A stretch of 63,190 nt of DNA, the filler included, from Intoshia linei (taxonomy: Eukaryota > Animalia > Orthonectida), in NCBI GenBank assembly GCA_001642005.1. It is 7 parts of 7 records of this genome, joined end to end, with 100 filler letters (N's around TTAATTAATTAA, not from the genome) between each part and the next. Parts side by side here need not be neighbours in the genome. Positions count along the whole stretch, not along the records: positions 1 to 7,995 come from LWCA01001497.1; positions 8,096 to 9,985 come from LWCA01002472.1; positions 10,086 to 40,189 come from LWCA01000378.1; 4 more parts are not named here. One strand, given 5' to 3'. Of the stretch, positions 1 to 10,846 are shown in pieces. Within the stretch, counting starts at the first letter, position 1. Each line of letters opens with the position of its first letter. The position numbers and the translations under genes are program-made. The notes below the pieces were generated by a model, which made no database searches, was not told the origin of the DNA, and saw nothing but the letters and a program-made list of their open reading frames with translations.

Positions 1-208
1 CTATAGGCAAATATACTTTTTGATCTTTAAAAAAGTGGACACCCTAATGTATATGTCTTATATAGTTAGACATTTTTTCAAATCAATATACGAATCAAAA
101 AAAGATTGGACACCTTTGGTTTAGAGTAGAATTTTTCAGTTAAGCCTGGTAAAAGTGGATTTTTTAATGTGACGTTTGTAAAGTGTGTTTTGTTTGACCT
201 ATAAAAAT

Positions 209-845
209 TTAAAAATTACCCAATTCAGCCGATAAATGTATAGCGGTTCTGTGTTTATAATCGAAAGACGAATTAAAATTGACATTATGTTTAACTAAAA
301 CGCGGACAGCATCACAAGCATCAAATTTTGCTGCATAATGAATGGCTCTTTGTTTATTTCCAAATGTTTCAATTGTGGAATCAGCTAAATAATAGTCATT
401 AAAACAATCTAAAAAAATTGAAACCATCTTTATCCATTAAAAAATCGACAACGATTGGGTTATTCACTGCACACGCTTCATGTAATGGTGAACGTCCAAA
501 CTCATCTACATCGTTTACATTTCCTCCATTGTTATACACAAATAGTATAAAATCAAGTTTGAATATTCTTGCCGTCTAGGAATAGATGAACATATTAAAA
601 ACCAATGTCATTTACATGTTAATATTTTTAATTGATTTATTAATATTGATATATTGTACTTGGATTATCTATGAAATATTTACTTTGTGCATCCAAGTTC
701 TTCCCACGTCATCTAAGTTGTTTATATCGGCACCTTCGTTTAATAATGCTTTAATTTCACCAAAATCTACTATTAACGCTTTTTGATGTGTATGTATTAA
801 ATCCCTAAATTTAATATTGAAATTTTTGTTTATTTCGTTGTTCAT
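209..845 (-). CDS. Ankyrin-repeat protein (spliced; 3' end uncertain)
   Basis: ATG at 845. Exons read ...IKALLNEGADINNLDDVGRTWMHK | ...GGNVNDVDEFGRSPLHEACAVNNPIVVDFLM | ...QRAIHYAAKFDACDAVRVLVKHN...HRTAIHLSAELG. These are four ANK-type G-x-[TS]-[PA]-LH repeats separated by GT-AG introns. Confidence 0.85.
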
Positions 846-1185
846 TTTTTATTTTAATTGCATATGTATGAAATAAATTTGAGTTGTGCAAATATTGTTA
901 AAATTCTTGAAATTGAAGTTTACATTATCTTCAATTTCAGAGATGAGGAATGTATACAAAGTTATCATATACCTTTACTTAGTAATTACTTATTGTGTAT
1001 TCACTAAAGTCATGTAAAGTTTTTTTAGATATATTATTGGCAATTTAGTTTACTTCAATTTATTGTTGTAATTTAGTATTTTTTACTGAATTTCACTTTC
1101 ACTTTCACTTTTACTTTTCAATTTTATTTTATTATTTTTGATTTTTCACTGAAAATTCTTAATTTTATTTGAATAGACTCTAAAC

Positions 1186-1546
1186 CAGTGGTTTTCAAGA
1201 TTTCTCGATAGCAATCACTAATTATTACTGTCAATAATATATTAATATTACGTATATACAATATTAATATATAAAACTAATTAAAAGTTTGGTTCAAAAA
1301 TTAAAATTCTTAAAAACCCCTCTTGAAATTTTGGTTCAAAAAAAATCTTAAAAACCCCTCTTAAAAGTTTAATTTAAAAAAAATTTTAAGAAACGCCCCT
1401 TAAATGATAATATATTTAATAATAAGAAGTATTACATAAAAATATAAAATAATTTCTAATAATTTTTCCGATACTGTATATTCATCAAATTTTCAAATTC
1501 TCATGACACCCTGATAAATTTCGCGAGCCGAGGTTGAAAATCACTG
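1186..1546. mobile_element. hAT (Charlie/Buster-like) MITE
   Basis: TIR CAGTGGTTTTCAA / TTGAAAATCACTG; 8-bp TSD CTCTAAAC / CCCTAAAC (7/8); short internal tandem repeats. Confidence 0.8.
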
Positions 1547-1913
1547 CCCTAAACTATTGCATTATAATTCTTAAAGTTTTTATTTTGGTTAATTATTTTT
1601 CCTAATAATTTCAAATACAAAATTCTTTACAATTATTTATTTACATTGTCAACAAGTTATTATTTGATTATTACGTTATAGTGTTACTGGTTTACATTAA
1701 AAATTAAAAATTCAACGATAAAACGAGTGTTTTTTGTCATAAAATAGTTTTCAATAAATTGTACAATGCATTGCAAAATAAACATGCAAGCGTATGTTTG
1801 TATTGAGTGGATTCAATTATGGTGTACTACTTTATAATATACTAGTATATATAACACTGAAAGTATGTTAGTGAATATTCACACTTGAAAACTATATATT
1901 GATAATTTTGGTG

Positions 1914-4900
1914 ATGTATAATTTTAAGAACAAAATAGTTTTAATAACCGGTAATAATATCATTTAAAAAGTGAATGAGTAGCATAAAGCTATTTTAAGG
2001 TTCCACTTCTGGTATTGGAAAAGCTACTGCTTTAGAATTTGCAAAATTAGATGCAAAGTTAGTGGTGACTGGAAAAACCGATGAAGGTATGTGTGAAGTA
2101 CAAGAATTGTGTCAAAAAGCTTCTCCATCTGACTATAAGCCAATAACCATTGTTGCAGATTTCAATAAAGACACAGATGTTGAAATGTTAATGAAAAAAA
2201 CTATTGAACACTACAAAATATTGGACATACTAGTAATTTAATTCAAAATGATTTCTAAATAGTCTAGGTTAATAACGCTGGTATAGTTGCATTTGGAAAT
2301 ATAGAAAATTCTAGTTTGGATCAGTTTGATTTAATAATGAAAATTAATCTCAGGTTATAAACGTTTTATTAACATCAAAAATATATTTAGAAGTGCTTTT
2401 TATTTAACATATTTAGCCATACCTCATTTAAAAAAATCGCGTGGCAGCATTGTTAATGTTTCTAGTATAGCTAGTTATAGACCGGTATATAATTATATAC
2501 AGTGCCTAACATACCGTACCAAAATATTTTTAAAAGGGGCTTCATTTTTTCAATTTGAGGATTCAAAAATTATAATCTTGAATATCATAGCTACATGTAT
2601 TTTATTTGTTAAATTAAAACTTTCAAATCAAGAGCCTTGGAAAGAACCCTTGTTTAAATGACGATATGATTCGTTTCTAAAAAAATCTTTTTTGGCCCAT
2701 TTTTCATTTTCGTTGTTGAGTTCAGCTCTGATTATCCTTACTTATATAAAGTAATTTGGTTAAAAATGTAACTACATTAAAATTGTATGTCTGTTTATTT
2801 ATTTGTCTGTCTGTTCCAGTTTGTTTAAGAAAATAAGAAGTCTAGTTTTAAAAAATCCGTATTTCTATAATATTTTTTCAAAGGTTGTTTTATCGCAATT
2901 TTCATTTTTAGAAATTGAGTCCTTCAATGTCAAAAACTACAATTATCTTTTTTTTTAAATTCAAACGCATCCTATAATTATAAAAAATATTCAATCTGAT
3001 CAAAATTTTAAAATCATCAACATTATGATTATTTTCAATTTTTAAATCGTATACCTCTACGGCCAAATCCACAAATTACCCTTTTTTGTAAAAATAAAAA
3101 AGTCTTGAAATTTTATACAACATAAATTGTGAGATAGGTTTTAAAATCATAAACATTATCATAAATTGTACCCAAAAAAGTTCATTTTTACGATCAAAAC
3201 CATAAATTACTTTTTTTTTTAAAATGAAAAATTTCCTAGAATTTAAAAAAGTATTTACAGTGTATACAGTTATTATATACAAAATTTCAATCTGATAAAG
3301 TGCCGTCTTCATGGTCATTTAGTATTGATTTATTTTTTTTCGAAACTATTTTATTAAAACAAAACATTTGAAATAATTAACGGTCCTACAATTAAAAAAA
3401 AGATCAATCTGATACAGCTTATTCCACTTGATATAAATACAAAATTTCAACACCAGAAATCTACGAATTCCCTAAGAACAATAACTTTTATTATTTTATC
3501 AACCAATATTTTTCAAATGTTTGGATTAACAATAGTAAAATTAAAATAAAAGTGTAAATATGCATCATACAATTTCAAAAATATATACATTAAACGTTTA
3601 CACATTTCTAATGAAGATATATGGGTGGAAATCTCATAAATTGATTCCTTCGGTTTTTTTTCATTTTCAATCTGATAAAGTTACTTTACATTACACAGTA
3701 CTTAATATTATTTTTTGTTATTTTATGTATTTTTAGGTGATTCAATTTGCCACTTACAGTATCTCTAAAGCAGGGGTTGATCAATTAACTAATTGCTGTG
3801 CTTTAGGTTAAATTTAATCTTGTTATACGTAATTATACATATAAACACGATATTAAATATATCTATGTTAGAGGTAAAGCTGTCCGTAGAAAGATTTTTA
3901 TTTTTAAAAAAGTGGTTTATTTATGATTCTCGATGGTTAAGTTTCAGAATGGTTCAAAATACGTATAAAAATTAATTTTTTGTATATCTAGGATCCATTC
4001 TTTTATCACGATGTTACATGTTATATAATAACGGAAACAATATTTTTTATGTCGAAAAGGTCATTGGTTTTATTTAAAAAAAGGAGAACAAGGCATTGAC
4101 AATTTTAATATAATTTATTATAATAATTATTTATTTTATGAAAAATTATATTATATCCAACAATAAATTTAGAATTGGCCAAATATGGTATAAGAATTAA
4201 TTCAGTTAAGTAAGTCACATTTATAGATACATAATATAATGCAGTATTGTTGATACACATTACACCCTTTTAGAAAGGACATGCTTTATATTTTAATTTT
4301 ATATAGATATGTAGCTTGATCTCCAGTTGATATGTTATTTTTTAAATAAACAATAACTAAATATAGTTTTATTAAAATAATATCTGGATATTTTTTTCAA
4401 AAATTATAATTCTCATATTATGATTCTTTGAGTCAATTATTGAGCAAATTATTACATTTATTTTTATTCCTCTGTATTTTTAGTTTTCAATTTTTTTCAC
4501 TTTAGTGTAGTACAATTAAATTAATTCGTTTTTACTCTGAGACCGGTTCCACTGATCTGTAAACAGTATATTCCTTTTTTCAATTTTTTTATTCTCATCA
4601 CTAATGAATTTATTTCTTTGGGTTTTCTGTATTTTGTATTGATATTTGTATAAAATGGTAGTAAGTTTTAAATTTATATGAATTAAAAAGGGTTTGATTT
4701 TTTCGTTTATATCGAATATATGTTTTATTTTTACCATGTAAATTAAATCAAAACCATAACGTGACGTCATTAAGGCTGCGAACTAGTTAATCCTTTAAAT
4801 CAGGTTTCTTAACCATTTGTTACACGCGACCCATTTTAATTATACAAAAATTTCGGTACCTCATATGACAAATGTATTTCTTAATACAATATAATCCATA

Positions 4901-7586
4901 ATTTTTAGTTATCACGATTAAAATCTAAACATACATTTTACTTTACATTGTAGTATACCAAAAATTATAATAACGATGCAAAGTAAAATTTTGATTATTA
5001 CAAAAATTATTAAAATTACTATAAAAATTATTTTAACGACCCCTCATTTAAGAAGTCCCGATTTACATTATAAAAATTATGAATTCTACTAAAATGCTTT
5101 GAATTTAGAAGGAGGGAGCTTGATATTTTATATTTTAGGTGTTTTATTCCAATATTAATAATAAATGATTATTAATAACGTGATATTAACATGATCGACT
5201 GTATACGATTTATACGTAACTTTATACTGTATTTACATAAATTTATAGCCCTGGAATAATTAAAACAAATATTAGTATTAATGCTGGACAAACGAAAGAA
5301 CGTTATGAACAGGTAAATTTTATTTAAATTGTATAAATTAGGGATGCTGATTAGTGTCACACCCATCAAAGAATCAAGGTTATTAACACTAAAAGTGGGT
5401 ATTTTTAAAAAAGGAAAACTAATTCGCAATCAAAAACATTTAACGCTGTCTATTCGAGTAGCGTTTGTGATTTTAAATATCACTTTAAAAATATTATAAT
5501 AAAAGAGAAAAATTAAAACTGAACTTTATTTTAATAGGAATTGGCGTTTGAGCTTTTAAACATAATACCGACTTTATAATATGGTTATCCATGTTAAGTA
5601 ATTTTTTAATTAAAAAGTTGACTACATTCCGTAATCATGAAATTTTTTGAAAATATTTTCTGGTGTAAATACCATAAAATGTTTCATATGATTTTGTGAT
5701 ATTTGTTGATTGAGTTTTTCAGTCTTAACTTGGGATTGTAGGGACACTTTAAGTTGTATATTAGATATAGAAAAATTAATCATAAACTGAATAAAAGAAT
5801 TTTTATGTTTAATTAGTTGTTAATATGTAGTTTTGTCGTACTGAATTCTTAACCATGGTTTGTATATGTAATGTAGTTGTTTCGCAGCTGTAAACGTTAC
5901 AAAATACACAAATTTAGTTAATTTTTTTAATTCTATTAATACATGTCTTTACAACAAGTGTGGAATGATCTGAATCATATTCAAACATTAGTATCATTAG
6001 TAATTCAATTATAAACAAGGGTAAAGATTTCATTAGAGAATGGCAAGTCGAAAGGTTTTTTCCTGGTATTCACATTGATGTCGAAATTACGTTTGACTCG
6101 GACTTTATCACCTATAATAAAATATATTGATTAAGACATGGTTTCATACTGATATCCAATTTTTTCATTCATTGTTAACACATTTGCATCTACTTCATCA
6201 TCACTATATAGTTTCAGATTTGAATCTCCTTTAATTCGAACATTTAATCCTAACTTATATAATATGCTACGCGATTTTTGTTTGTGTGTCTGTGTGTGCT
6301 ACTTTATTGAAATAACTAGCACTCTTAGAATTTTTTAAAGACCACATTTCAATTAATTTTTTCCGGGACGTATAATAAGATAAATTTCAATCTCCATCAA
6401 TCACATTTACAAGAAAAAAGGCCAAAAGTATGGACAAATTTTTAACATCAATCATTTTTTTATTACAATCCTTTGCAATAATGGTAAAATTCGACTGAAG
6501 ATTCAATTAATTATTTATACACAATTGGTATTTTTAAGTATTTATTAAATTGATACTGAATATATGTCATCACATTGAAAATGACAAAATATGTTTTTAT
6601 AATTTTATTTTTTCTGGAATTTATGCTATTTTGACAAAATTTTTGGACTGTTTTTACTATATTTTTAATATTATACACACATTCTGTCTAATAGATTAAA
6701 AAAATGGGATAACAATTGTTTTTAAATTCTTGACGCAAATGTTAAAAAAACAAAATTGATAATACTTAATAGTAGAATTTTTAAGTTAGATTTTTAACGT
6801 GAATTTATTTTTTTGGTATAATAAAAGAGTGCCCTCGGCAGAGCTAGGTGCTGTTTGTACGCAGTACAAAACTACCAATCTAGTATACTATATAATATAC
6901 GGCATAAATAACTTAAAAACCTTTCAAAAAAAACAATTCACCATCTTTAACTGTAAAGTTTTGAGCCTTCATCTTGATTTTGTATTTTCTTTTTTACTCA
7001 AAGTAATTAGATCTTCTCCTTGCAGAATATTACATTTATTTTATCTTGCACAGTTTTAAATGTAAAATATTTAACCATGATGAATTGTATAACGATAAAA
7101 CAATTTTTAGTTTTGCTATTACATTCTGTATAAAATTTTTGAATTGAATTTAATTTGACTATAGCAACTGAACTTTATATTTGGTAACCGTTTTGAAATG
7201 ATATCTGTTTTGACATACGACATTAAATGTTCTATAATAATTTTGTAATGTCATTAAAATATGCTTTTGAAAGTTTCAACTTAAAACTAACAAACGACAA
7301 AAAAAGAAATATGGTATCATATAATTTAAATTTATGTTGGTTTGAATTGGTGGCAGAGAATGGCTCTATAATTATAAATATTCATATTATATAATATGTA
7401 TTACACATCTAATGTAATGTTTTTTAGATTCTTTCAGAAAATATAAAAGTATGCCCATTGGGGAGGCATGGTTTAACGAGTGATGTTGCTTCAGCTATTC
7501 TGTTCTTAGCAGATAATACCAGTTCATCTTTTATCACTGGAGAACATTTAAGTATTAGTGGTGGCATCCAACATACTTTAAAATAG
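1914..7586 (+). CDS. Classical short-chain dehydrogenase/reductase (FabG-like), ~8 exons
   Basis: Spliced MYNFKNKIVLITG|STSGIGKATA (TGxxxGxG)...LDIL|VNNAGI...|...GSIVNVSSIAS..|VIQFATYSISKAG (YxxxK, exon from ~3738)|ELAKYGIRINSV (~4172)|PGIIKTN (~5249)|...PLGRHG..DVASAILFLAD...FITGEHLSISGG-TAG 7584-7586. Confidence 0.92.
2735..3690 (+). mobile_element. Non-autonomous Helitron-like repeat, type A, in SDR intron
   Basis: Starts A|TCCTTACTTATATAAAG followed by a (GTCT)n-like tract. The body recurs at ~7660-8880, 17385-17616(-), 19330-20020(-), 31370-31890(-), 34508-35300, 45655-45810(-) and 60540-60810(-). The 3' limit is approximate. Confidence 0.75.
5950..7030 (-). pseudogene. Degenerate Ginger/GIN-type integrase remnant, interrupted by a Helitron
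   Basis: Minus-strand peptides KRKYKIKMKAQNFTVKDGELFF (~7000-6925; resembles GIN-type integrase N-terminus) and IGDKVRVKRNFDINVNTRKKPFD..FSNEIF (~6115-6020; GD-x-V integrase C-terminal segment); in-frame stops. Family assignment is by recall only. Confidence 0.4.
6248..6883 (+). mobile_element. Non-autonomous Helitron, type B, both ends intact
   Basis: A|TCCTAACTTATATAATATGCTACGC ... hairpin TTTGTAC-GCA-GTACAAA, 9 nt, CTAG|T; no TSD. Confidence 0.85.
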
Positions 7587-7995
7587 TTAAAATAGAATAT
7601 ATGCACTTATTTTATATTTATATTTTAATGTAAATAAAATTTTAATCCTTTAATTTTAATTAAAGTAAAATGGTCTGTTTATTTGTTCCAGTTTATTTAA
7701 GAAAGTAAGGGCAATCGAGTTTTACAAATTCCATATTTCTATATCAGTTATTCAAGAGTAATGTTTTATCGCATATTTCAATTTCAGGAATTAAGTCCTT
7801 CAAAGACTAAAACCACAATTGTCCTTTTTGTTTAAATTAAACCAGTCCTAAAATTATAAAAAATACACATTCTAATAAAAAGTTTTAAATTCATCAATAT
7901 TGTGATAATTTTCAATTTCAAAATTTTGTATCTTCACGTCCAAAACCACAAATTACCTTTTTTTGTAAAAATTAAGAAAGTCCTAGAATTTTATA

Positions 7996-8095
7996 NNNNN
8001 NNNNNNNNNNNNNNNNNNNNNNNNNNNNNNNNNNNNNNNTTAATTAATTAANNNNNNNNNNNNNNNNNNNNNNNNNNNNNNNNNNNNNNNNNNNN
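7996..8095. other. Artificial contig linker N44-TTAATTAATTAA-N44 (also at 9986-10085, 40190-40289, 47202-47301, 50891-50990, 61703-61802)
   Basis: Identical 100-nt block occurs six times; the core has stop codons in all six frames. Confidence 0.97.
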
Positions 8096-8476
8096 ATGCA
8101 TAAAATAAAAGTACAAAACAAAACGAAATTGTATAAAACAAAATTAATGCTTGAAAATATAATTTAACTTTTAAAAATAAAATTTAACTTTTGAAAATAT
8201 TATTTTAACTTTATTAACTTAATCAAATTTTAATTAGCCAATTACACGTTAAGTTATTATCATTGTGATTGTGATTTGATGCGTATGAACATATCAAAAT
8301 TTGTCCTAGTTAAAAAATAATCGCCCTATTAATGATACATTATGGAATCGTTTTTAAATTCATAAGCATCATCATGAATGGTAGTCACAAAAAAGGTAAT
8401 TTTTACGGTCAAAAACCTAGATTACCCTTTTTTTAAATAAAAACAGCCTTAGAATTTCAAAAAAATTACGGATGAT

Positions 8477-8677
8477 CAGAGCCATTTTAAGGCATGGGCA
8501 ATATGGGCTGTAGCCCAGGGCCACTCATTAAAAAAGAAATTAGGAAATCTTTGATTTTCTCTTATTAATTTTCAAAAAAGGGGCTTCTAAAATTTTTTTA
8601 TCGCTTCGCTCAAAACTTTAAAAAGCCTCCGGTCATTTGCTTAGCCCAGGGCCACGAAGTGGCTTAAGACGGCTCTG
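8477..8677. mobile_element. 201-bp hAT-type MITE nested in a Helitron copy
   Basis: Ends CAGAGCC / GGCTCTG with perfect 8-bp TSD CGGATGAT; a related partial reverse copy starts at ~44775. Confidence 0.85.
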
Positions 8678-9064
8678 CGGATGATAATTATATCCAGTTA
8701 GCACTTTATTGTTCATTTTTTTACTTCGAAACTATCTGATTAAAATTTGAAGTAATTAACGGTCGTACAATTAAAAAAAATGTGTATTGAATGTCTATAC
8801 ATTTCCAATAAAGAAATATGGGTGGAAATCTATATAATTGATTCCTTCGAATTTTTTTTCATTGTCAAATTCTCATTTTCAAAAAATTTTGTTTAAAATT
8901 TAAATTAAAACTACAACAACGAATTAATAAAAGTACAACTTTGTATGTATTATTTGAAAAAATAAAAAATTTGAGAAAATAACTTCCCCCTTTTACAACA
9001 ATGTTGTCGAGGCCCGAAGAGGATCTCGGTACCGAAGTATATGCATATTAATATGTATGTTTAG

Positions 9065-9706
9065 AATATGGATGAAAATAATGGATGGAAAATACAGAGT
9101 GATTACAAACACGGAAACCAACGCCTGGAAGCTGGTCAATGGTACTCTGGAATGGCTACAGGACAAATAATATCATTGTTACTACGATATTATATGCTAT
9201 CCCACAAATACGGTGAAATCAAAGACGGAGAAAAATATCTGTCCATGTCCAAACTAGCCGTAAATATTTACATAAACAGTCAAATAAGCGGATTTACATG
9301 CAAAATAAATTCCAATGAACTTTGCAAATCAAATTTATTATATTCGGATCTAAAACGGAACGTATTTGTTCCAATATGGTTTGAAGAATATCCGTTATCT
9401 ATACCAAATCACGTACTAAATGGACACATTTTTTCAATGATTGGCCTATATGACTTGGCTTATTATAATAACTCTATGGCACAAACATTGTATTGGTTTT
9501 CCTTTAAATCAACAGAATTTATGATTAATTTGTATGATGGCGGGTCTCACACTTTTTACGATTTAGGCCATTGGACAAATAATTTGACTCCTAATGTAGC
9601 TAGAGAAACTTACCATAATTTACATATTAAACAATTGAGGTTTTTAAATTTAACCGATCAAAGCTATATTTTTACAAAGACTCTAAAAAGATGGGAAAAG
9701 TATTAA
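9065..9706 (+). CDS. GLCE: Heparan sulfate D-glucuronyl C5-epimerase, terminal exon (5' part not in this segment)
   Basis: WYSGMATGQ, WFEEYP...HVLNGHIFSMIGLYD, YDLGH...PNVAR..YHNLHIKQL motifs; acceptor TTAG at 9061-9064. Confidence 0.93.
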   Translation, partial: NMDENNGWKIQSDYKHGNQRLEAGQWYSGMATGQIISLLLRYYMLSHKYGEIKDGEKYLSMSKLAVNIYINSQISGFTCKINSNELCKSNLLYSDLKRNVFVPIWFEEYPLSIPNHVLNGHIFSMIGLYDLAYYNNSMAQTLYWFSFKSTEFMINLYDGGSHTFYDLGHWTNNLTPNVARETYHNLHIKQLRFLNLTDQSYIFTKTLKRWEKY

Positions 9707-10846
9707 AATATTTGATTATTTAATATTATTTATGAATTAAATTCGTTTTAATTTTATTTTTAAAATTTATATCATTAGTGTTTTGTAGGCTCTAGGTCGC
9801 CAGAGATTTTCTTTCATGTACCTCAATTGGTAATAAACAAATTAATCAACCAAACAAAATAAGTGATTACATATACATAAAAAAAAAATAAAATAAATAA
9901 TAATAAATAATTTGTATACCACACAAAATGGTACAGTCAAAATCTCATTTAACGAAAATATTAGAAATGTAACTGTATTAGAAATNNNNNNNNNNNNNNN
10001 NNNNNNNNNNNNNNNNNNNNNNNNNNNNNTTAATTAATTAANNNNNNNNNNNNNNNNNNNNNNNNNNNNNNNNNNNNNNNNNNNNGACATTTTTTCCATA
10101 AAAATATCAATTCATCAGAAATCAAATCAATTCGATCATAAACATACTTGGTAATATGAAATAGAAATGCATATCTTTCTAATGTATTAATTTCAGTTGC
10201 CAATCAAAATAAATCACTTAACTTATTAATTATTATAAAACTTATAAACGAATAAATAAAACCAATAAATGAACGTAAATAAAAATGTTACGCTAGTTAC
10301 CGATGAAATATTTCAAAATAAACCTCACATTTTATATATACTTTTGATGATATAAATTGATTTAGGGTACACATTTTTAAAAAATTGACCATTTTTAATA
10401 AGCACATACGTTATTACACACTGTGAAGTATATGGTGTGCCCATGGATTTTTTTTTGAACAGCCCTAATAATTATATAAGTAATGCTTTGCTTGTCTGTG
10501 TGTTATCGTTTATTTCAATAACTAGTGTTAAAATTTTATAAAGTCCACATTTTAATTGCAGTTTTTTTCCGGGGTGTTAGCAAAAAAAATGGTTAATTTG
10601 GTGTTTTGGCCCTGAAGCATATTTTTTTAGATTTAAATTTATGATTTTAAAATCCGTATCAGAGAATATGTTTTATAAAATTCTCGAACTCGTTTGATTT
10701 TCAAAAAAAGGACAATTGGGCTTTTTGATCCGTAAGATGTGAGTTAGGGAGGTTGAAATTTATTTTGCTAACAACCCGAAAAAAACTGTAATTGAAATAT
10801 AGATTTTATAAAATTCTCAATTTAATATTTTATTTAATTGATACAA

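Noticed and set aside
3076-3318. Short ORFs within repeats (also 34273-34763, 35120-35344, 28460-28724)
   Set aside because: They lie inside non-coding Helitron/hAT copies, with low-complexity F/K/I/N composition.
6385-6455. Signal-peptide-like minus ORF MIDVKNLSILLAFFLVNV suggesting a nested gene or captured exon
   Set aside because: The sequence aligns with the ordinary interior of Helitron type B.
8040-8051. Recurrent palindrome TTAATTAATTAA within N runs
   Set aside because: Identical in all six gaps and flanked by exactly 44 Ns: an artificial six-frame-stop linker.
10086-10205. Open minus stretch ATEINTLERYAFLFH...
   Set aside because: No acceptor or start, and truncated by a linker; cannot be assigned.
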